DNA of 64,000 nucleotides from Candidatus Woesebacteria bacterium RBG_16_42_24. Its GTDB lineage: Bacteria > Patescibacteriota > Microgenomatia > UBA8517. The stretch spans positions 240,606 through 304,605 of the forward strand of contig MGFX01000001.1 of assembly GCA_001792115.1 (NCBI GenBank), written 5' to 3'. Positions 9,988-19,866 of this stretch are shown here, piece by piece (the first letter of the stretch is position 1; every line of letters begins with the position of its first letter). A program made the position numbers and the translations under genes. The notes beneath the pieces are model-generated. The model worked only from the letters and a program-made list of their open reading frames with translations. It was not told where the DNA came from and ran no database searches.

Positions 9988-11224
9988 GTTCCTACGTAGT
10001 TTTCTGAGATTAGCTTGTGATATGATTTGTGTGACTGAAATGGAAGTACAGGCCGACGATATAGGAAGAATACTCAGTCCCGAGGAGGCGGAATCTTATG
10101 AATCGTATCGAGATTCGGGTGCTGACGTTTGGCGGCACCAAGGGCAACTGACATTAAAAGGTGATTTTGTTTTATATTTTCCACCCAAAGACGGTCAGTT
10201 AACCTCCGAACGAGAAATTATTACACCACGAGCATATAGACTGGGTTTGGCTGTAGAATCCCCACAGACAATGGATGAGAAGGGTAGAATCGAGGGCTTA
10301 AAAATACCTTCCCCCTTAATATGGGAAGTGTTAGAAGTGTCCGATGAGAATAAAGCTGTTGATTTTCCTTCGACAACGGCCGTTAGTCTTCTTCCTTATC
10401 GAGGGGACCCCTTTGCAAACCTTGCGGATTCTAGGGTAGTGCTTTTTACGGAAAAGTCTAGAGTGGAGGGAAACATGATTGGTCGGATTCAATCCTTAGC
10501 AATTGAATATATCAATAGACAGGTTCAAGAAGGACAAATGCCGCAGGATTTACTTGATACGGCAATCGGACTATTGAAGTATACAAAAAAAGCACCCGAG
10601 GACCCGTTATTGTATAAACTGAAACAGAAAAGTGAAGCAAGTGGGCGGAGCCCTGAAGAGCCTCTTGTAACAATAAAGGGTAGTATCGGGCGGCCAATTG
10701 GGGGCGAGATTTTAGAGGAATATGGTGCAAGAGTTTATATCGACGGCAACCGTCTTGTATACCAAAGCGAGAGACTTAAAAGGAATAATCAAAAAAGGTG
10801 CATCACAATTGCAGTTGGGGATAATCAGGAAGGAGATGAGGGAAAATTGCTTCTTACCAAGGCGGCTTGGCATATTATTGGGATTATTCCCGAGAGAGTG
10901 CCGGGGCAGTTGATGGATGAGCATTTGTTCTATAGACCAAGTGGTGAAAGGGAGCTTACTTTCAGCGAGGCCATTCAAGACAAAAGAGGAATCTGGGTAG
11001 TAGAAGCAAGGCCTTTTAAAACGGATACCAGAACACTCGTGGCGATGCAGGCCAAAATCCTTGATTATGTCAGAGTAAAGGTAGAAAATGGTCAGATGGA
11101 TCCAGAGGTCCCTCAAATAATTCAGGGTGTATTCAAATATAAACACGCCACCTTGAAACCTGTTGGCCACAAAGATCTGCTTCCTGTTTATCGTGCAAAA
11201 GCCGCAAAGTTCTCGAGAACTTAA
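9977..11224 (+). CDS. Hypothetical protein (start uncertain; overlaps the end of rnj by 11 nt)
   Basis: A long ORF with coding-like composition and no recognisable motifs. Confidence 0.4.
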   Translation: MSSKFLRSFLRLACDMICVTEMEVQADDIGRILSPEEAESYESYRDSGADVWRHQGQLTLKGDFVLYFPPKDGQLTSEREIITPRAYRLGLAVESPQTMDEKGRIEGLKIPSPLIWEVLEVSDENKAVDFPSTTAVSLLPYRGDPFANLADSRVVLFTEKSRVEGNMIGRIQSLAIEYINRQVQEGQMPQDLLDTAIGLLKYTKKAPEDPLLYKLKQKSEASGRSPEEPLVTIKGSIGRPIGGEILEEYGARVYIDGNRLVYQSERLKRNNQKRCITIAVGDNQEGDEGKLLLTKAAWHIIGIIPERVPGQLMDEHLFYRPSGERELTFSEAIQDKRGIWVVEARPFKTDTRTLVAMQAKILDYVRVKVENGQMDPEVPQIIQGVFKYKHATLKPVGHKDLLPVYRAKAAKFSRT

Positions 11225-11286
11225 TGTTAATCTCGTAAAGAGGAACCCAAGTAGGCATATTAAGGTATGTTGGGTATAATGTAGTC

Positions 11287-13386
11287 ATGGCAAAGAAGCA
11301 CCACAGGGTTCCCAAAAGAAAATTTAACCTAAGACTTAAAAGGGCGACAATCTTTTCCATTTCCCAAATTGTTTTTTTTGCTCTAGCTGCATTAATTATT
11401 ATTTCCTTTACTAGGCGAGGACTAATTCTGGTTAAACTAAACGACCTACTCGTTGATTCATTTTCTTGGGCAACAATATTTTTGCCATTTGTTTTTCTTT
11501 CCCTTGCCTTCCTTCTTTCTAAAATTAGGATACCCTTGAGCCAGCCGAATGTTCTTGTCGGATCCTTACTTTTTTTTATTTCAATAGCGACCCTAGGCAG
11601 AGCAGGGAGTCTCGGAAGACTTGCTTGGGAGGGTGTAGCTTCTTTAATAACTAAGATAGGGGCATTCATTGTTCTTTTAGGAATGAGCCTTACCGGCCTA
11701 ATCATTCTTTTTAATACCTCACTCGACGCTGTATTCGCCCTTATAGTAAATATTTTCTCGGCTTTAAGACGTTTTATTTATGGCGAAAAAGGATTCGATA
11801 GGGGTCTTGCGAGACGAAGTTTAAAAGTTACTGGGGGAGCACCTTCCCTATCGGCTGGAGGAGTGGTGAGGCCCACGACTTTATCTCCTGAGGGGCAGTT
11901 ACAGGAGAAGTTGGTGAGTAATGTGCGGGGAGAGGAAATGGTTTGGAAATATCCGCCAATTAACCTTCTATCTGACTTAGAAACCGGCAAGGCTGATAGG
12001 GGTGACATCAAAGGCAATGCGGCAACAATCGAGGAAACCTTGGAATCTTTCGGAATAAGAGCGAAGGTCGTAGAGGTTAACCTCGGACCAGCAGTAACCC
12101 AATATGCTCTCGAGGTAGCGCTTGGAACAAAGCTTTCAAAAATTACAGCCCTTGAGAGAGATTTGGCCCTAGCGCTTGCCGCGCCCACCGGAACCATAAG
12201 AATTGAGGCTCCGATACCAGGACGAAGCTTAGTGGGGATTGAACTACCAAATAGAAGCCCTGAATTTGTGCCCTTAAAGAAAATGATGGAGGCAGAAGTT
12301 ATGCGCGGAAATTCTTCTAAGCTTGCAGTTGCCTTGGGGCTTGATGTTTCTGGAAAGGCCATAGTTACAGAAATCGGCCGCATGCCCCACGTTCTTATTG
12401 CGGGCCAGACAGGGAGCGGGAAGAGTGTTTGTATCAACGCGTTTTTGGGTACAATCCTTTTTCGGTCTGCACCTTCGGAAGTGAAGCTTATTTTGGTTGA
12501 CCCAAAGAGGGTCGAACTAACACACTATAACGAAATTCCCCATCTTTTAACACCCGTGATAGTTGAGCCTGAAAAAGTAATCTCGGCCCTCAAATGGATA
12601 CTTTCTGAGATGGACAGGCGCTATAAACTTTTCGCCCAAGCTGGTGCCAGAAATATCGATGGTTATAACGAAATGTCCGGCTTCCAGGCTCTTCCTTATA
12701 TAGTCCTTGTTATTGATGAACTCGCCGACGTTATGCTTTTTTCTCCGGTTGAAGTCGAGGATGCAGTAACAAGAATTGCCCAAATGAGTCGGGCGACAGG
12801 AATACACATGATTTTGGCGACCCAAAGACCTTCGGTGGACGTTATCACCGGACTTATTAAAGCCAATATTCCGTGTCGAATTGCTTTTGCGGTTGCGTCT
12901 CAAGTCGACTCTCGGGTGATTCTTGATACTCAAGGAGCAGAAAAACTATTAGGACGGGGAGACATGCTTTATCTTCCGCCGGAGCAGGCCAAGCCAATTA
13001 GGATTCAGGGTGCCTTCGTCTCTGATAAGGAAATAGCGGCACTCGTTTCATACCTTAAAACTCAAGGAGTGGTACCTCAATATACAGATGAGGTTATTGC
13101 CATGGCGAAAAGCGGTAGATCCACTGTCCCCGGGTTGACAGGCGAGCCTGATGAGTTTTTTATGGATGCGGTTCGTCAAGTAGTGAGTTATGAGAGGGCC
13201 TCTGCTTCACTTCTTCAGCGACGCTTGTCGATTGGCTACGCCAGGGCCGCAAGGATAATAGATGAATTAGAAGGAGCCGGCGTGGTTGGTCCGGCAGAAG
13301 GTTCCAAGCCACGAGAGGTTTTAATCAAAGATGCAGAAGAATTTTTGGCAAAACTTCGAGATGCTGAAGCGTCTGCCCCGTCGTAA
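11287..13386 (+). CDS. ftsK: DNA translocase FtsK
   Basis: N-terminal TM helices are present. The FtsK ATPase has Walker A (GQTGSGKSV) and Walker B (VLVIDELAD). It also has ILATQRPSVDVITG and a C-terminal gamma wHTH domain (LLQRRLSIGYARAARIIDELE). Confidence 0.9.
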   Translation: MAKKHHRVPKRKFNLRLKRATIFSISQIVFFALAALIIISFTRRGLILVKLNDLLVDSFSWATIFLPFVFLSLAFLLSKIRIPLSQPNVLVGSLLFFISIATLGRAGSLGRLAWEGVASLITKIGAFIVLLGMSLTGLIILFNTSLDAVFALIVNIFSALRRFIYGEKGFDRGLARRSLKVTGGAPSLSAGGVVRPTTLSPEGQLQEKLVSNVRGEEMVWKYPPINLLSDLETGKADRGDIKGNAATIEETLESFGIRAKVVEVNLGPAVTQYALEVALGTKLSKITALERDLALALAAPTGTIRIEAPIPGRSLVGIELPNRSPEFVPLKKMMEAEVMRGNSSKLAVALGLDVSGKAIVTEIGRMPHVLIAGQTGSGKSVCINAFLGTILFRSAPSEVKLILVDPKRVELTHYNEIPHLLTPVIVEPEKVISALKWILSEMDRRYKLFAQAGARNIDGYNEMSGFQALPYIVLVIDELADVMLFSPVEVEDAVTRIAQMSRATGIHMILATQRPSVDVITGLIKANIPCRIAFAVASQVDSRVILDTQGAEKLLGRGDMLYLPPEQAKPIRIQGAFVSDKEIAALVSYLKTQGVVPQYTDEVIAMAKSGRSTVPGLTGEPDEFFMDAVRQVVSYERASASLLQRRLSIGYARAARIIDELEGAGVVGPAEGSKPREVLIKDAEEFLAKLRDAEASAPS

Positions 13387-13391
13387 ATAAA

Positions 13392-14018
13392 TTGATGAGA
13401 ACTATTGGTCAAGCTCTCAAGGAAGCTCGCGTCCGAAAAAGATATTCTTTGGCGTTCCTTGCCGAGTTAACGAAAATAAAAAAAGATTTTATTGAGAATT
13501 TAGAAAAGGAAGACTGGGAAGTGCTTCCCGAATCTCCTGTTCTAACGGGTTTCGTAAAAAATATCGCCAAGTTTTTAAATATAGATGAAAGGGGAACAGT
13601 GGCACTTCTTAGACGTGACTATCCCCCCAAAAAGCTGTCAATAAATCCTAAACCGGATATCGCGGATAAGTTTGTTTGGTCGCCGAGATTAACATTTTTA
13701 GTTGGGGCAGTCACTATTATCACAATTGTATTGGGATATTTGGGTTTCCAGTACACCCGCTTTGTTTCTCCGCCGCCGTTAATAGTTAACCGCCCGAAAG
13801 AGGACGAAGTGGTCAGAGAGAGGGCGCTTAGGGTTTGGGGAAAAACTTCTTCCGACTCGACGGTCAAGGTCAATAACCAGCCGGTACTGGTAAGTGACGA
13901 GGGAGAATTTGTAGCAGAAATTGAAATATTTGAAGGAACGAGCGAGATAGTCGTGCAGGCAACTTCCCGGGCTGGAAAAGAGACGGTCGTGCGGCGCAAA
14001 ATAAAACCCGAATTATAG
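13392..14018 (+). CDS. RodZ-like protein: N-terminal XRE-type HTH, single TM helix and a C-terminal domain
   Basis: The HTH is IGQALKEARVRKRYSLAFLAELTKIKKDFIENLE. A central hydrophobic helix (LTFLVGAVTIITIVLGYLGF) follows. Confidence 0.55.
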   Translation: MMRTIGQALKEARVRKRYSLAFLAELTKIKKDFIENLEKEDWEVLPESPVLTGFVKNIAKFLNIDERGTVALLRRDYPPKKLSINPKPDIADKFVWSPRLTFLVGAVTIITIVLGYLGFQYTRFVSPPPLIVNRPKEDEVVRERALRVWGKTSSDSTVKVNNQPVLVSDEGEFVAEIEIFEGTSEIVVQATSRAGKETVVRRKIKPEL

Positions 14019-14045
14019 GAAGGTAGGACAAGTAAGATAGGTAGT

Positions 14046-14103
14046 AAAAGTAGAAAGGGACAAATCTACCACTTGCCATACTTGTACTACTTGTTCTACT
14101 TTT
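14046..14103. repeat. Inverted repeat (10-bp arms aaaagtagaa / ttctactttt) in the rodZ-like downstream region; possible terminator
   Basis: Read directly from the sequence. Confidence 0.3.
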
Positions 14104-14108
14104 AGGAA

Positions 14109-14369
14109 ATGGATAATATTCAAACGCTTTTAGTTGTTGTAGTAATATCTTTAACCCTTCTATTGGTTATTGTGGGAATTCAGGTTTTCTTGGTGATAGT
14201 AGATCTTCGAAAGTCTATTAAGCGTCTAAACAGTATTTTGGAGGATGCGATTTTGGGTGGAGGGTTAATAAGACCCGATAAATTAACTAGCGTTTTAGAG
14301 CTTCTTAAGAAGAATAAAAACCTCCAAACCCACGGTTTGGGCGAAGAGCACCCTAGGACTTCAGGTTAA
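14109..14369 (+). CDS. Small membrane protein, hypothetical
   Basis: 86 aa. The N-terminus is hydrophobic (LLVVVVISLTLLLVIVGIQVFLVIV). Confidence 0.35.
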   Translation: MDNIQTLLVVVVISLTLLLVIVGIQVFLVIVDLRKSIKRLNSILEDAILGGGLIRPDKLTSVLELLKKNKNLQTHGLGEEHPRTSG

Positions 14370-14424
14370 ATTCGAATTAAGGCCAATTTTGTTGTAACCT
14401 GATATAAAGGTATAATGCGTAGCC

Positions 14425-16227
14425 ATGACGTCGGATGAAATTAGAGAAAAATATCTTAAATTTTTTGAGGGAAAAGGACACGCAAGAATTACTCCGGCTC
14501 CATTGGTTTTAGAGAGCGACCCCACTACCCTATTTACCTCCGCTGGAATGCAGCCTCTTGTGCCCTATCTCAAAGGTGAACCTCATCCTAAAGGAAGAAG
14601 ACTTGTAGATAGTCAGCCAAGCTTTCGTACAGTAGATATCGACGAGGTTGGCGACAACCGGCATCTAACCTATTTCGAAATGCTCGGGAATTGGGGCTTG
14701 GGTGACTATTTCAAGAAAGAGCAACTTGAGTGGTGTTTAGAATTTTTTACTAAAGAGTTAGGGTTTTCAAAAGATAAGCTTTGGGTTTCGGTTTTTGAAG
14801 GCCTGCCTGCGCAGGCAGGAACAAAGGAAGTTCCCAAGGACACAGAATCAGCCGAAAGGTGGAAACAGTTGGGAATTCCGTTAGAAAGAATTCATTTTTA
14901 CGGGGTAGATAAAAACTGGTGGAGCCGAAGCGGCCCCCCCGATAAAATGCCGCCGGGTGAAATTGGAGGGCCGGATTCCGAAATCTTTTTTGATTTTGGG
15001 ACACCCCACGACCCTAAATATGGTGAGAAGTGTCACCCGAATTGTGAGTGCGGAAGGTTTATAGAAATAGGAAACTCTGTTTTTATTCAGTATGAGAAAA
15101 AAGAAGACGGAAACTTGGTCGAATTACCGCAAAAAAATGTAGATTATGGGGGAGGCTTGGAAAGAATTACTGCGGCCGTTTCTGGAACCCCTGATATTTT
15201 TCTGTCGGATTTATTTGAATCGACGATTCGAAAGGTCGAAGAAGAAAGCAAGGGATCGTATGGCAATAATTCCGAAAAAGACCGAAGTTTCCGGATTATT
15301 GCCGATCATCTAAGGGCGTCGTCGGCGGTGATGTCGGAAGGGATAGAGCCTTCCAATAAGCTCCAGGGGTATGTTGTCAGAAGGCTTATAAGAAGGGCGG
15401 TTTTCCACCTTTCTCTTCTTGGGGTTAAAGATTTATCGGCATCTATTTCGAGAATTTCCAAAGCCCTTTGGCCCAAAATTTCGGGGGCGATGGTCCAGGA
15501 GTCGGAACGCTTTGAAAAAGCTTTATCCAAGGGAACCGCCATTCTGACAAGGAGGCTAGAGACCTCCGGTGTAATTGACGGAAAATTTGCCTTCGACCTT
15601 TATCAGTCCGGAGGTTTTCCTTTGGAACTTAGTCTGGAAATACTAAAAGAAAAAGGCAAAGAGTTTAGCGAAAAGGAAATAAGGACTTTCGAGAAGGAGT
15701 TTGAAAGCCACAGGCAAAAATCAAGAACAGCCTCGGTAGGGATGTTTAAGGGGGGGCTTGCGGACTCTTCCAAAGAAGTTACCAAACTTCATACTGTGAC
15801 ACATTTACTTCACGCGGCCTTAAGAAAAGTTTTGGGTGAGCACGTAAGCCAAAAAGGTTCGAATATTACAGCCGAGAGGCTACGCTTTGATTTTTCCCAC
15901 TCCCAGAAATTAACCGAAGAAGAAACTAAGAAGGTTGAGGATTTGGTGAATGAGCAGATAAAGAAGGATCTGAAAGTAGAATTTGAGGAAAAAACTCTGG
16001 ACGAAGCCGTAAAGGAGGGCGCGCTACACTTTTTTGGAGAAAGATATGGGGATAGAGTGAAGGTTTATACAATCAAAGATCCTTCGGCAGGCCCAGGACC
16101 TCCTTTCAGTCGGGAAGTCTGTGGAGGTCCCCACGTTAGTCACACGGGTGAACTTGGCCGTGTTAGAATATTAAAGCAAGAAAAGTTAGGCTCGGGGGTA
16201 GTGCGTATATACGCATCGACATCTTAA
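14425..16227 (+). CDS. alaS: Alanine--tRNA ligase, short form (catalytic, tRNA-recognition and editing domains; no C-Ala domain)
   Basis: Class II motifs are present in the N-terminal region (FTSAGMQPLVPYL; FEMLGNWGLGDYFK). The editing-domain HxxxH motif is present (HTVTHLLHAALRKVLG), as is the terminal CGGPHV. The protein ends at 600 aa. Confidence 0.9.
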   Translation: MTSDEIREKYLKFFEGKGHARITPAPLVLESDPTTLFTSAGMQPLVPYLKGEPHPKGRRLVDSQPSFRTVDIDEVGDNRHLTYFEMLGNWGLGDYFKKEQLEWCLEFFTKELGFSKDKLWVSVFEGLPAQAGTKEVPKDTESAERWKQLGIPLERIHFYGVDKNWWSRSGPPDKMPPGEIGGPDSEIFFDFGTPHDPKYGEKCHPNCECGRFIEIGNSVFIQYEKKEDGNLVELPQKNVDYGGGLERITAAVSGTPDIFLSDLFESTIRKVEEESKGSYGNNSEKDRSFRIIADHLRASSAVMSEGIEPSNKLQGYVVRRLIRRAVFHLSLLGVKDLSASISRISKALWPKISGAMVQESERFEKALSKGTAILTRRLETSGVIDGKFAFDLYQSGGFPLELSLEILKEKGKEFSEKEIRTFEKEFESHRQKSRTASVGMFKGGLADSSKEVTKLHTVTHLLHAALRKVLGEHVSQKGSNITAERLRFDFSHSQKLTEEETKKVEDLVNEQIKKDLKVEFEEKTLDEAVKEGALHFFGERYGDRVKVYTIKDPSAGPGPPFSREVCGGPHVSHTGELGRVRILKQEKLGSGVVRIYASTS

Positions 16228-16272
16228 TAATTAGATTAGTGTAAAATTTCTATTCTAATGTTAAATAGTCAC

Positions 16273-16364
16273 AATTTCCAATTTCCAGATTCCAGATTCC
16301 AATTAGTTATCGAATCCCAAAATTTGAAATTATTTGGAGATTGGAGATTGGAGATTGGAGATTA
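16273..16364. repeat. Inverted arrays of heptamer tandem repeats: (AATTTCC/AGATTCC)x4 ... (TGGAGAT)x4, forming a potential long hairpin downstream of alaS
   Basis: Read directly: aatttccaatttccagattccagattccaat ... ttggagattggagattggagattggagatt. Confidence 0.8.
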
Positions 16365-16371
16365 ATTCGAG

Positions 16372-18600
16372 ATGGACCTCAAAAGTTTTCTGCCGCACAC
16401 AGACAAAGAAAAAGAAAAGGAATACTTCTGGTCTTTAATTATTGAGCCCGGGTGGGTACAGGCAGGCGTTTGGGATATAGAGGGGGAGAAGGCCGAAGTA
16501 ATATCCATAAGCCCTACGACTGCATGGGAAACTGAAGGAGAACTGCTTGGTGCTGCTGACGCGGCTCTTTCTGCGGCTGTTCAGAATCTCCCAGATACTA
16601 TGGTAGAGCCAACAAAGACTGTTTTCGGAGTTAACCCTTCGTGGGTGGGAGAAGGGCAAATAAAACCGGAGTATTTAGAAAGAATTAGAAAAATTTGCTC
16701 CGACCTATCGCTTTCCCCAGTAGGATTTGTGGTTTTACCGGAGGCAATTTCCCATCTAACTAAGGTCCAGGAGGGAGCGCCTCTTAATGCCTGTGTATTG
16801 GGTATTGGCAAAGATACTCTTGAAATAGCTCTTTTCAGGCTGGGAAACTTGGTCGGCGCGTCACAGATAGCAAGAAGTGTTTCTATGGTCGACGACGTTG
16901 CCGAGGGATTGGCCAGATTTTCCGGGAGTGAGGCTTTTCCCTCAAGAATCATTCTTTATAACGGGAAAGAAGGGGAACTGGAAGAGGTAAAACAAACGCT
17001 TCTAAATGTTTCCTGGGAAAGTTTTGAAAAAATTAAATTTTTGCACTCTCCTAAAGTCGAGATAATACCTCCCGAGAAGAAAATACTAGCGGTTTGCCTG
17101 GCGGGAGCTTCCGAAATTGCAAACGTGACGGGGGTTTCCGCTGCCAAGGTTATTGGAGGAGTGGTGAGGGAAGAGGTGCCTGGGCAAGCGAATATCTCTC
17201 TGCCGGAGGAAGATGTAAATCCGGAGGAGTTGGGATTTGTCTTGGGTAAAGACGTAACTTCTATCCCAAAGGTTGGTCGAGTTTCGCAGACGGCAGAACT
17301 GCTCCCCAGCCTTAGAGAAGCGTCTACCCCAAAAGCATTACCGCAAAAACTAGAGGTAGAAACACCGGCGGTCGATAGATTTGGATTTGTCAGAAACTTC
17401 AGATTTCCACAGTTTGCCTTCTTGAAAAACTTTAAGGCCTCGCTACCCAAACCAGGATTATCTTTCCCCGGCAAAAAAGTTCTTACTTTCGGAGTTATTT
17501 CACTGGCCATAATTTTTATTTTGGGATTTGTTGCTTGGTGGTTTTTACCAAAAGCCCTGGTTACAATTTATGTTTCCCCCCAAAAACTTGAGGAAAGAAC
17601 CGAAGCTACGGTCGACCCGGAAGCAGACGCTCTTAATTTTTCGGAGAAGATAATTCCCGGCAAGGTTCTTACAACGAACGTTTCGGGGGAAAGGACCAAG
17701 GCAACTACTGGAACAAAAACAGTAGGAGACAAAGCAAAAGGAAACGTAATAATCCAAAATGGTACGGCGTCAGCCATAAATCTTGCAGCTGGCACAATTT
17801 TGGTTTCCAACTCTGGGTTTAAGTATGTACTAGACGCTTCCGTCTCAATCCCCGCTGCAATTTCTCCTTCAAACCCCGGGACTACTACGGTTGACGTTGT
17901 CGCAGATAGTATTGGAGCAGAATATAACTTGGCCAAAGACGAAGTTTTTGACGTGGGAAATTATCCCAGAAGTGAGGTAGATGCAATTGCAACCTCCGAT
18001 TTTACTGGAGGGTCCAGCCGTCAAATTCCGGCTGTTTCAGACGAGGATCAGAGCATGCTGGAAGAAGAACTTCTCGACGAACTTATGGCTAAAGCAAAGG
18101 ATGACTTGTCCCAAAAAGTTGGCGAAAACGAAACGTTTATTACTGAATCCGCAGTAAGTACTCTTACCGAGAAAACTTTCGGCAATAAAGTAGGAGATGA
18201 GGTGGAAATTTTGAAACTTGACCTCGCAATAGACGTTAAAGGACTTTCTGTATCTCAAGGGCAACTAACAGATTTGGCCATGGAGACTCTCAAAGGAAAA
18301 GTTCCCGACGGATACATTTTAAGAGAGGGGCAGATTGCAAGCGAATTTGAGTTTCTAGAAGAAAGCGGGGGCGGGGCGAAAGTTATGGTTCTTTTTAGGG
18401 CCAACCTTCTCCCAGAAGTTAACCCCGATGAAATTGCAAAAGAAATTGCCGGAAAGTACCCGTCCCTCGCCGAGGATTACCTAACCAATATAAGGGGTTT
18501 TTCCCGAGCAGAAATAAAAATAAACCCGAGCTTGCCAGGGAAACTCAAATCCCTGCCACGCATAAGTCGAAATATAGAAATAGAAATTGCCGCCGAGTGA
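16372..18600 (+). CDS. Large hypothetical protein with a single central TM helix (742 aa)
   Basis: Long ORF with a TM segment (LTFGVISLAIIFILGFVAWWFL). The C-terminal half is T/S/G-rich. Its 3' end overlaps the sortase gene by 14 nt. Confidence 0.4.
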   Translation: MDLKSFLPHTDKEKEKEYFWSLIIEPGWVQAGVWDIEGEKAEVISISPTTAWETEGELLGAADAALSAAVQNLPDTMVEPTKTVFGVNPSWVGEGQIKPEYLERIRKICSDLSLSPVGFVVLPEAISHLTKVQEGAPLNACVLGIGKDTLEIALFRLGNLVGASQIARSVSMVDDVAEGLARFSGSEAFPSRIILYNGKEGELEEVKQTLLNVSWESFEKIKFLHSPKVEIIPPEKKILAVCLAGASEIANVTGVSAAKVIGGVVREEVPGQANISLPEEDVNPEELGFVLGKDVTSIPKVGRVSQTAELLPSLREASTPKALPQKLEVETPAVDRFGFVRNFRFPQFAFLKNFKASLPKPGLSFPGKKVLTFGVISLAIIFILGFVAWWFLPKALVTIYVSPQKLEERTEATVDPEADALNFSEKIIPGKVLTTNVSGERTKATTGTKTVGDKAKGNVIIQNGTASAINLAAGTILVSNSGFKYVLDASVSIPAAISPSNPGTTTVDVVADSIGAEYNLAKDEVFDVGNYPRSEVDAIATSDFTGGSSRQIPAVSDEDQSMLEEELLDELMAKAKDDLSQKVGENETFITESAVSTLTEKTFGNKVGDEVEILKLDLAIDVKGLSVSQGQLTDLAMETLKGKVPDGYILREGQIASEFEFLEESGGGAKVMVLFRANLLPEVNPDEIAKEIAGKYPSLAEDYLTNIRGFSRAEIKINPSLPGKLKSLPRISRNIEIEIAAE

Positions 18601-19279
18601 GCTTACTCCTATGGGCAAAAGCACAGCTCTTAAAATTCTGGCCACCCTCTCCGGATTTTTGGGGATGGCGATTCTTTCTTACACTTTATACCCCCTGGCG
18701 GACTATGAGTTAACGGCGAGACAGAGTTATCCAACACTGCTTTCTCCTCTTCCAGATAGCGAAAGATTCCCAGACCTCTCTTCCGAATACGACCTAACGC
18801 AAGCTAGCAATTGGTTTCCGGGGGGCGCGAAAAAAGAGGACTTTGTGGCGTCACAGGTTTCCTATTACACAATTTCTATTCCGCGCCTCAAAATTGAAAA
18901 TGCAACAGTAGCCATTGGCGGTGAGGATTTGTCCAAGAGCCTAGTTCAATATCCCGGTACCGCTCTACCGGGAAAAAATGGGAATACGGTTATTTTTGGT
19001 CACTCAATCCTCCCCATTTTTTACGACCCGAAGGATTACTTGGCTATTTTCTCTACACTTCCCACACTCAAAAAAGGTGATAAGATTGAGGTTAATTACG
19101 ACGGAGTAACATATAAATATCAAGTGACCGACTTATTTGAAGTGCTACCTGACGAACTCGATGTTCTCACACAAGATTCTTCAAATTCATATATTTCTCT
19201 TATTACATGTGTCCCACCCGGACATCCTCTTAAGCCAAGAAGGTTGGTGGTGAGAGCCAAAATAGTACCCTTTAACTAA
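18587..19279 (+). CDS. Sortase-family transpeptidase (start possibly the ATG near 18611)
   Basis: An N-terminal TM anchor, a conserved His (VIFGHS) and the catalytic TLxTC motif (ISLITC) are present. Confidence 0.7.
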   Translation: MPPSELTPMGKSTALKILATLSGFLGMAILSYTLYPLADYELTARQSYPTLLSPLPDSERFPDLSSEYDLTQASNWFPGGAKKEDFVASQVSYYTISIPRLKIENATVAIGGEDLSKSLVQYPGTALPGKNGNTVIFGHSILPIFYDPKDYLAIFSTLPTLKKGDKIEVNYDGVTYKYQVTDLFEVLPDELDVLTQDSSNSYISLITCVPPGHPLKPRRLVVRAKIVPFN

Positions 19280-19280
19280 A

Positions 19281-19667
19281 ATGACAATATTAGGAATTGA
19301 TTGGGGAGAAGCAAAAATTGGACTCGCGATCGCCACGGCGGCAGTTGCAGAGCCGTATGCGGTAATAAGATTTAGGACGATAGAGGAAGTGTTTGAGAAT
19401 GTAGCAAAGGTAGTACAGGTAGAGCAGGTAGAAAAAGTAGTGGTTGGAGTTTCGGAAGGAAGGTCGGGGGAAGAAGCTAAAGATTTCAGTCTAGGTTTAA
19501 GAAAAAAATTGACGATTCCGGTTGAAACTTTTGACGAAACACTATCTACTCAAGAAGCCCAAAAATTAGCGATCGAGGCGGGGATTAAAAGGAAAAAGCG
19601 TAAGGACCTCGATGATACTTTTGCAGCTGCACTTGTGTTACAATCCTATTTAGATAGCCATGCTTAA
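19281..19667 (+). CDS. ruvX: Putative pre-16S rRNA nuclease / Holliday-junction-resolvase-like YqgF (RuvX)
   Basis: The N-terminus is ILGIDWGEAKIGLA. It has an RNase H-like fold signature. 128 aa. Confidence 0.8.
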   Translation: MTILGIDWGEAKIGLAIATAAVAEPYAVIRFRTIEEVFENVAKVVQVEQVEKVVVGVSEGRSGEEAKDFSLGLRKKLTIPVETFDETLSTQEAQKLAIEAGIKRKKRKDLDDTFAAALVLQSYLDSHA

Positions 19668-19860
19668 AAACGTTATTGCACCGATTCAGGCCTGGCTTCT
19701 TTCGCAAGCAAGGTGCGTCGGCTGCGGGAGACCACTCTCTGAAGGGAAGAGAGAAAGAAGGAGAGACGATACAGAGAAAGTTACTTGTGTTTGCGGCCGA
19801 ATATTCATCTACGACCCCAAAACTAAAAAACATAGACGGGCGCTTCTTGAAGAGGTTTAA
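19660..19860 (+). CDS. Small zinc-ribbon protein, hypothetical
   Basis: Motifs CVGCG ... CVCG. 66 aa. The ORF is found only by the ORF track, so the call is weak. Confidence 0.3.
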   Translation: MLKNVIAPIQAWLLSQARCVGCGRPLSEGKRERRRDDTEKVTCVCGRIFIYDPKTKKHRRALLEEV

Positions 19861-19866
19861 GCTTAA

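Noticed and set aside
16202-16215. A perfect 14-bp palindrome tgcgtatatacgca at the 3' end of alaS.
   Set aside because: It is short and lies within coding sequence (VRIYAST). It is possibly part of a terminator with the downstream heptamer hairpin, but there is not enough to call independently.
16273-16364. The heptamer arrays could be mistaken for a CRISPR array.
   Set aside because: The unit length is 7 nt with no unique spacers. The arrays are inverted around a central spacer and recur in multiple short copies genome-wide. No cas1/cas2 genes are present.
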